Source: a virus (Duplodnaviria; Heunggongvirae; Uroviricota; Caudoviricetes). From it: a stretch of DNA of 9,885 nt. The position numbers were made by a program, and so were the translations under genes. Positions 6,364 to 9,885 of the stretch are shown piece after piece (within the stretch, counting starts at the first letter, position 1; every line of letters begins with the position of its first letter). The stretch is from the IMG/VR virus record IMGVR_UViG_2534681835_000035; one strand, written 5' to 3'. The notes under the pieces were generated by a model, which was not told the DNA's origin, did no database searches, and saw nothing but the letters and a program-made list of their open reading frames with translations.

Positions 6364-7110
6364 TTACTTCACAACCCTCTGATTGCTGACATTTGGACGC
6401 CAGCTATCCCAGTTAAACGTCACCCACCGACCACCGTTCATGGTCATGCGGTCCATAATCCTCTCACCAAGAAGCGTGCTCATTGCGGCATGATTCAGGT
6501 TTGTTAACATCCCGACACTGCACAGTGATGCTGTCCGGCGATCAATTATCTGGTGTAATACCACCTGCTCGTTTTTCGTCTCCCGCTGAACGCCTATTTC
6601 ATCCAGGACCAGCAAATCAACACTGCAAAGCTCCTGTAAAAATTTTTCCCCGGATTTGCCGTTGTCGTAGCTGTCATGCAACACGCTCATGACATCAGAC
6701 ACGGTGACGATAATCACGCTGCGCCCCTTCGCCATCAGCCGGTTACCCATCGCCGCTGCAAGGTGATTTTTCCCGGTGCCGGTTTTACCGCTGAACACAA
6801 AATTCGTGCACCCGGTCATCAGTTCGTCAGCTATGGATTTGGCCTGGCTCAGCGCGTATTTTTGCCCGTCGTTCTGCACCTGATAATTCGCAAACGAGCA
6901 TTTGCTGTGCAGAGGCTGGATGCCCGAACGATTCAGGATTTTTTCCACCCGCAACTGGTGATTCTGGCGGTTAATCTCCTCGCTGCGTTTTCGTCCTTCA
7001 ACAAGTTGCCATTCCCGCCACTCCTCCACCGTCCGGTACGGTGGAACCGACGCCTGTGGTGCAAGTCTGCGAATACGTTCAAGAACCCCGGCTGCCGCAA
7101 TGTTTTTCAT
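6364..7110 (-). CDS. DnaC-like helicase loader (AAA+ IstB-like ATPase), phage replication protein
   Basis: 248 aa, collinear with E. coli DnaC: RSGIQPLHSKCSFANYQV, Walker A FSGKTGTGKNHLAAAMG, Walker B DLLVLDEIGVQ, C-terminal WVTFNWDSWR. Confidence 0.9.
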   Translation of the reverse strand: MKNIAAAGVLERIRRLAPQASVPPYRTVEEWREWQLVEGRKRSEEINRQNHQLRVEKILNRSGIQPLHSKCSFANYQVQNDGQKYALSQAKSIADELMTGCTNFVFSGKTGTGKNHLAAAMGNRLMAKGRSVIIVTVSDVMSVLHDSYDNGKSGEKFLQELCSVDLLVLDEIGVQRETKNEQVVLHQIIDRRTASLCSVGMLTNLNHAAMSTLLGERIMDRMTMNGGRWVTFNWDSWRPNVSNQRVVK

Positions 7111-7116
7111 GCCACA

Positions 7117-7770
7117 TCACCCCCTGAATCCCGGCGGAATTTCGGTATCCGGTTCAGAAATATGATTCACACAACGCTGGTTGTTCGTGCCGCTTACCGG
7201 GAGCAACCAGGGGTTTTCAAAATTCCGGTCCGGCCCAAAAAACGTCGTCGCTCGCTGAACAAATTCCGTTCCCGTTTTCCCGGTAGCCGCCAGGTATCTT
7301 GCGTAACGCCTCACACCATCCAGTATGGCCTCTGGTGGCACCCCCTCGCGTAATCTGGCCTTCCAGGCACTGAAAGCGGATTTCTTCGGGTTTGCCCCAG
7401 CACGCAACGGGTATTCCCGCCAGACCTGTTCGAACACATCCGGATAATCCACTCGTCCCACAGGCTGCCCGGTGTTTTCCGGGACTACCCGATCGGCTTC
7501 CCGCTGAATGGCGGAATCGGCTTCAGGCTGCTGCAGTTGGTGTGATTGCTCCGGCCTTGCGGTCATCACCTGCTGCACAGCGCCCGAATCGGCTTTCAGC
7601 GCATACGCTGAATCGGCTTCCGGTGTCGTGCCTGCTGGCTGACCAGGATTGACGGTCTGAACATCCCCTGCCTGGTTCGTGGCGTTTTTTACGCCATGGA
7701 CCATAGTGTTTTGATCTTCTTGATCTGTATCTTTATCTGTATCTTTATCTGTCGTGACTCGTCGTGACAT
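7117..7770 (-). CDS. Replication-initiator-like protein, C-terminal part (ORF2), possibly the 3' portion of a single gene frameshifted relative to 7745..8188
   Basis: 217 aa, ending 6 nt before the DnaC-like gene. C-terminal domain DYPDVFEQVWREYPLRAGANPKKSAFSAWKARL...TGKTGTEFVQRATTFFGPDRNFENPW resembles a replisome-organiser C-terminal motif. The 5' end lies inside the iteron array and encodes TDKDTDKDTD from tandem repeats. Confidence 0.6.
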   Translation of the reverse strand: MSRRVTTDKDTDKDTDQEDQNTMVHGVKNATNQAGDVQTVNPGQPAGTTPEADSAYALKADSGAVQQVMTARPEQSHQLQQPEADSAIQREADRVVPENTGQPVGRVDYPDVFEQVWREYPLRAGANPKKSAFSAWKARLREGVPPEAILDGVRRYARYLAATGKTGTEFVQRATTFFGPDRNFENPWLLPVSGTNNQRCVNHISEPDTEIPPGFRG

Positions 7771-7799
7771 GTGCGTGACATTTCGTGACGCGCCGTGAC
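7723..7799. repeat. Putative replication-origin repeats: 2.5 copies of a 12-bp tandem repeat (ATCTGTATCTTT) followed by five direct CGTGAC iteron-like repeats at 10-11 bp spacing
   Basis: CGTGAC at 7753, 7763, 7774, 7784 and 7794. The 12-mer is at 7723..7734 and 7735..7746 with a partial copy at 7747..7758. An AT-rich tract lies immediately to the left (about 7700..7750). Confidence 0.6.
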
Positions 7800-8188
7800 A
7801 ATCGCCATTTTGTTCCCGCTTTCTTTCCCTCTCTCGCTGCGCCCTCTTGCGCTCTGCAGGAGATTTTGCGGTTTGACGAAATATTGCCGTTGTCCTCTTT
7901 AAGCACCTGGCGTTTTTCCCATCCAGTGATTAAATCACCATCAAGTACCCGCCCCTGCATCGTCTGCAAAATTGAATCAATTACCTCTTCTGTCACGTCG
8001 AGCGCACTTGCCAAATCTTCTGTCGTGACATCAATGTGACCTCGCGTGACATTTCGTGACGCGCTCACCAGGAGGTGGATATACACTGCCATCACTGTTG
8101 CAATTGGCTGCCCTGACACCCTGGCAATTGTTCGCCACTTAGGGTCATTTGGCATGTCATGCCATAATCTGAGCCAGGCGTTAGCCAT
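7745..8188 (-). CDS. Replication-initiator-like protein, N-terminal part (ORF1)
   Basis: ATG at 8188 with AAGAGGTGA Shine-Dalgarno (the ORF track starts at GTG 8194). N-terminal MANAWLRLWHDMPNDPKWRTIARVSGQPIATVMAVYIHLL resembles phage replication-initiator DNA-binding domains. The ORF ends inside the first iteron cluster and overlaps ORF2 by 26 nt in the +1 frame. Confidence 0.6.
   Translation of the reverse strand: MANAWLRLWHDMPNDPKWRTIARVSGQPIATVMAVYIHLLVSASRNVTRGHIDVTTEDLASALDVTEEVIDSILQTMQGRVLDGDLITGWEKRQVLKEDNGNISSNRKISCRAQEGAAREGKKAGTKWRLSRRVTKCHAHVTTSHDR
7992..8064. repeat. Second iteron-like cluster: CGTGAC at 8024, 8045 and 8055, a TGTGAC variant at 8035, and an inverted copy GTCACG at 7992..7997
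   Basis: The 20-mer CGTGACATTTCGTGACGCGC occurs at both 7774..7793 and 8045..8064. Spacing is again 10-11 bp. Confidence 0.55.
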
Positions 8189-8259
8189 ACTCACCTCTTC
8201 TGATACCGAATCTTTTTACTCACGAGTTGCCGGAAGCGATTCGATACGGCTATTGTCAG

Positions 8260-8685
8260 TCAATGTACTGCCACAGCATTTCCTGCCGGGCCACCACGGT
8301 TCATCTGATTGAAACCGGCGATTGCCACTGCGACAAAATCATCAGCGTCTCTCACCAGTCGCTCCCGCGTCTCCACCAGCTCCCGAAAATAAGCTGAACT
8401 GTGGCTGCGCATTCTGGCCACCAGCAAAGGTGGCATTGCCTTTTCGATCGCTGGTAACAACGCCTGAATTTTTTCAACTGCATCAGGGGTGTCTTTCTCT
8501 ACCCAGCGGAAAATTTTCTGGGTATTGCGAGCCAGGGCTTCCGGATGGCTGTCGTCATACAGTTCAGGAAACGTCATACCCAACTCAAAATAAGCCTGGG
8601 TTATTCCAGCTGCTGGAACTTTTTCGCCATCAGGACGCGCCCAGGCATTCATCGCCATGCGGATGTGTTCATGCTTGATTTTCAT
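8260..8685 (-). CDS. YdaT-like prophage protein (occupies the cII position downstream of cro)
   Basis: 141 aa beginning MKIKHEHI and ending ...VH, matching my recollection of Rac YdaT-family proteins. AGGAG Shine-Dalgarno 8 nt upstream; overlaps the Cro-like gene by 17 nt. Confidence 0.6.
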   Translation of the reverse strand: MKIKHEHIRMAMNAWARPDGEKVPAAGITQAYFELGMTFPELYDDSHPEALARNTQKIFRWVEKDTPDAVEKIQALLPAIEKAMPPLLVARMRSHSSAYFRELVETRERLVRDADDFVAVAIAGFNQMNRGGPAGNAVAVH

Positions 8686-8950
8686 GAATCAAGCTCCTAG
8701 TAAGTGGTTGTGTTAACGTTTTGGTATCTTCCAGCTCGGGCCAAATATTCATCCAATCAAAAGGCCTTAGTTGCTGACGTGTAACTTCACCATTACTGGC
8801 TCGCTCAATAAGGACACATAACGATGCCCCTAACATTTGACCTTTACTCAATGCCTTTCTTAGATAACCGATGCTAGTACCACACTCACATGCAAACATA
8901 CGCTGTTCATCTGACGAAAGAGAATTGAGAAATATTCTTAATTCTTCCAT
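8669..8950 (-). CDS. Cro/YdaS-like HTH regulator
   Basis: 93 aa with a Cro-like motif (GTSIGYLRKALSKGQMLGASLCVLIERASNGEVTRQQLRPFDW). AAGGAG Shine-Dalgarno 6 nt upstream. Divergent from the repressor gene. Confidence 0.7.
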   Translation of the reverse strand: MEELRIFLNSLSSDEQRMFACECGTSIGYLRKALSKGQMLGASLCVLIERASNGEVTRQQLRPFDWMNIWPELEDTKTLTQPLTRSLIHENQA

Positions 8951-9049
8951 AGCTACTCCTTAGTAAACACAGCAAGAATACCCACAGGTAAACAAAAGTC
9001 AATACCCTTGGGTTGTTTACCTTGCGGTAATCGCATCTATTATTTACCT
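8951..9049. promoter_or_regulatory. Divergent promoter/operator region between the Cro-like and repressor genes (OR-like)
   Basis: Three TACC-N4-GGTA-type inverted repeats: 8979..8990 (TACCCACAGGTA), 9003..9014 (TACCCTTGGGTT, one arm imperfect) and 9018..9029 (TACCTTGCGGTA). Leftward PR-like promoter TTGACT (plus 9002..8997), 16-nt spacer, TATTCT (8980..8975). Rightward PRM-like -10 TATTAT (9038..9043) ends 6 nt before ATG 9050, suggesting a leaderless repressor mRNA. Confidence 0.55.
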
Positions 9050-9467
9050 ATGGACAAATATGAATTTAGACGACAACAACTCATCAAAATTCGTGATGAG
9101 AAATGCGATGGTAAAGCGGTTAACGTGGCCAGAAAGATCGGTCGCGAGCCTTCTTATGTATCAAGAATGTTGTACCCAGAGGGGAAAAAGGAAAAAACGG
9201 ATCGCTGATGATATGGTGGAGATTATAGAAGAGTCCTTTGGGTTACCCCGGGGATGGATGGATGGTATCGTTTCATCATCAACGAACACAGCCTCCAATT
9301 ATGAAACAAGGGTTCTAACGCCACGACAACGTATTTTTTTAGATCTCTTAGACGAACTGCCAGAAAGTGAAGCGGATAACTTATTAAAAACTCTTGAAGA
9401 GAAAAAACAGTATTACAATATGATCTACGAAGAAATCCGTAAAAAGAAAGCACAAAACGCATCATAA
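9050..9467 (+). CDS. CI/RacR-like prophage repressor, reading frame interrupted by an apparent +1 frameshift in the G4A5G2A6 tract at 9181..9197
   Basis: Frame A (ATG 9050) encodes an N-terminal HTH (KAVNVARKIGREPSYVSRMLYPEGKK) and stops at 9206..9208. Frame B continues from about 9198 with protein-like sequence RIADDMVEIIEESFGLPRGWMDG...LLKTLEEKKQYYNMIYEEIRKKKAQNAS to 9467. Removing one A from the A6 run would fuse them into a protein of about 138 aa. Confidence 0.6.
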
Positions 9468-9509
9468 CTCACCAAACAACCAGTCACCAGTTAAGACACA
9501 TCAAAAAAT

Positions 9510-9546
9510 TACCCATGGGTATTTACTTTTTAAATACCCATGGGTA
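9510..9546. promoter_or_regulatory. Two perfect 12-bp palindromes TACCCATGGGTA, 25 bp centre to centre: OL-like operators flanking a putative rightward promoter
   Basis: Palindromes at 9510..9521 and 9535..9546 share the TACC-N4-GGTA architecture with the OR-like sites. Between and over them: -35-like TTTACT (9522..9527), 17-nt spacer, -10-like TATCCT (9545..9550). Confidence 0.55.
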
Positions 9547-9732
9547 TCCTTCCTTTCATACCAACCCACCCCGTCCCACAGAACGCAGGGCAATACTTCG
9601 AGTTACCAGGCAGTGGTCAGGGGGTAAGTAGCCAGCCCGAGGCGTAAGAACATGACGGCAGGGTTCAACTTTAATAACTATGCAGCAGGTTTTTGTTCCG
9701 CTACCCCGGCGTTAAGGGGAAATGAGGTCAGC

Positions 9733-9885
9733 ATGGATACTATCGATCTTGGCAACAGCGAATCTCTGGTATGCGGCGTGTTTCCCAACCAGGACGGTAC
9801 GTTTACCGCGATGACGTATACCAAAAGTAAAACGTTTAAAACCGAAGCTGGCGCGCATCGCTGGTTAGCAAGAAACTCCGACTGA
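9733..9885 (+). CDS. Small early protein (YdaF/YdaG-like), first gene of the rightward operon leaving the immunity region
   Basis: 50 aa, MDTIDLGNSESLVCGVFPNQDGTFTAMTYTKSKTFKTEAGAHRWLARNSD, with GAGG Shine-Dalgarno 6 nt upstream of ATG 9733 (the ORF track starts further upstream at 9652). Resemblance to Rac YdaF is from memory. Confidence 0.5.
   Translation: MDTIDLGNSESLVCGVFPNQDGTFTAMTYTKSKTFKTEAGAHRWLARNSD

Noticed and set aside
6483-7652. Plus-strand ORFs 6483..6692, 6676..7353 and 7392..7652
   Set aside because: Antisense to the DnaC-like and replication-initiator genes; Arg/Pro/His-rich composition typical of reverse-strand shadows of GC-rich coding sequence.
7723-8064. Possibility that the short direct repeats are a CRISPR array
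   Set aside because: The repeat units are only 6-12 bp at 10-11 bp periodicity with no unique spacers of 30 bp or so, and they lie inside a coding region. This is iteron-like, not CRISPR.
7785-8312. Plus-strand ORFs 7785..8039 and 8046..8312
   Set aside because: Antisense to the replication-initiator N-terminal ORF and the YdaT-like gene; no independent support.
9060-9200. N-terminal part of ORF 9060..9467 (MNLDDNNSSKFVMRNAMVKRLTWPERS...) as the true start of the repressor
   Set aside because: The HTH motif is encoded in the other frame (from ATG 9050). This stretch is the out-of-frame shadow upstream of the frameshift; only the part after about 9198 looks like real protein.
9223-9465. 80-aa minus-strand ORF antisense to the repressor gene
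   Set aside because: Antisense shadow within the repressor C-terminal coding region; no ribosome-binding site or recognisable features.
1-9885. tRNA, rRNA or DicF-like small RNA genes
   Set aside because: I saw no cloverleaf-compatible or rRNA-like segments, and the DicF core sequence as I recall it is not present. This is a visual scan only; no covariance-model search was possible.

Overview
This window looks like the early-right and immunity region of a Rac-like lambdoid prophage of E. coli, almost entirely on the minus strand, ending in a partial IS629-like insertion sequence. All family assignments below are recalled from memory of the translated ORFs; no database search was run. From right to left: (1) an immunity switch with a CI/RacR-like repressor on the plus strand (apparently frameshifted in a G4A5G2A6 tract), a divergent Cro/YdaS-like regulator and a YdaT-like gene, plus five copies of a TACC-N4-GGTA operator-like palindrome in two clusters; (2) a replication module comprising a replication-initiator-like gene split into two overlapping ORFs with two arrays of CGTGAC iteron-like repeats inside it, a DnaC-like helicase loader and a YdaW-like protein; (3) an accessory island of small uncharacterised genes, a DUF551 protein, a small membrane protein in an AT-rich patch, a HokD/RelF-like type I toxin with a long leader, and a secreted YgiW/YdeI-family OB-fold protein with its own terminator; (4) a nin-like region with a YdfU/DUF968-like Cys/His protein, RusA resolvase and a putative Q-like antiterminator whose 3' end is replaced by the terminus of the IS. 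I did not recognise a defined novel system; the best candidates for undescribed biology are the uncharacterised accessory genes between the replication and nin modules. The repressor frameshift, the split replication gene and the IS-truncated Q together suggest a decaying cryptic prophage, though homopolymer sequencing error cannot be excluded for the first.
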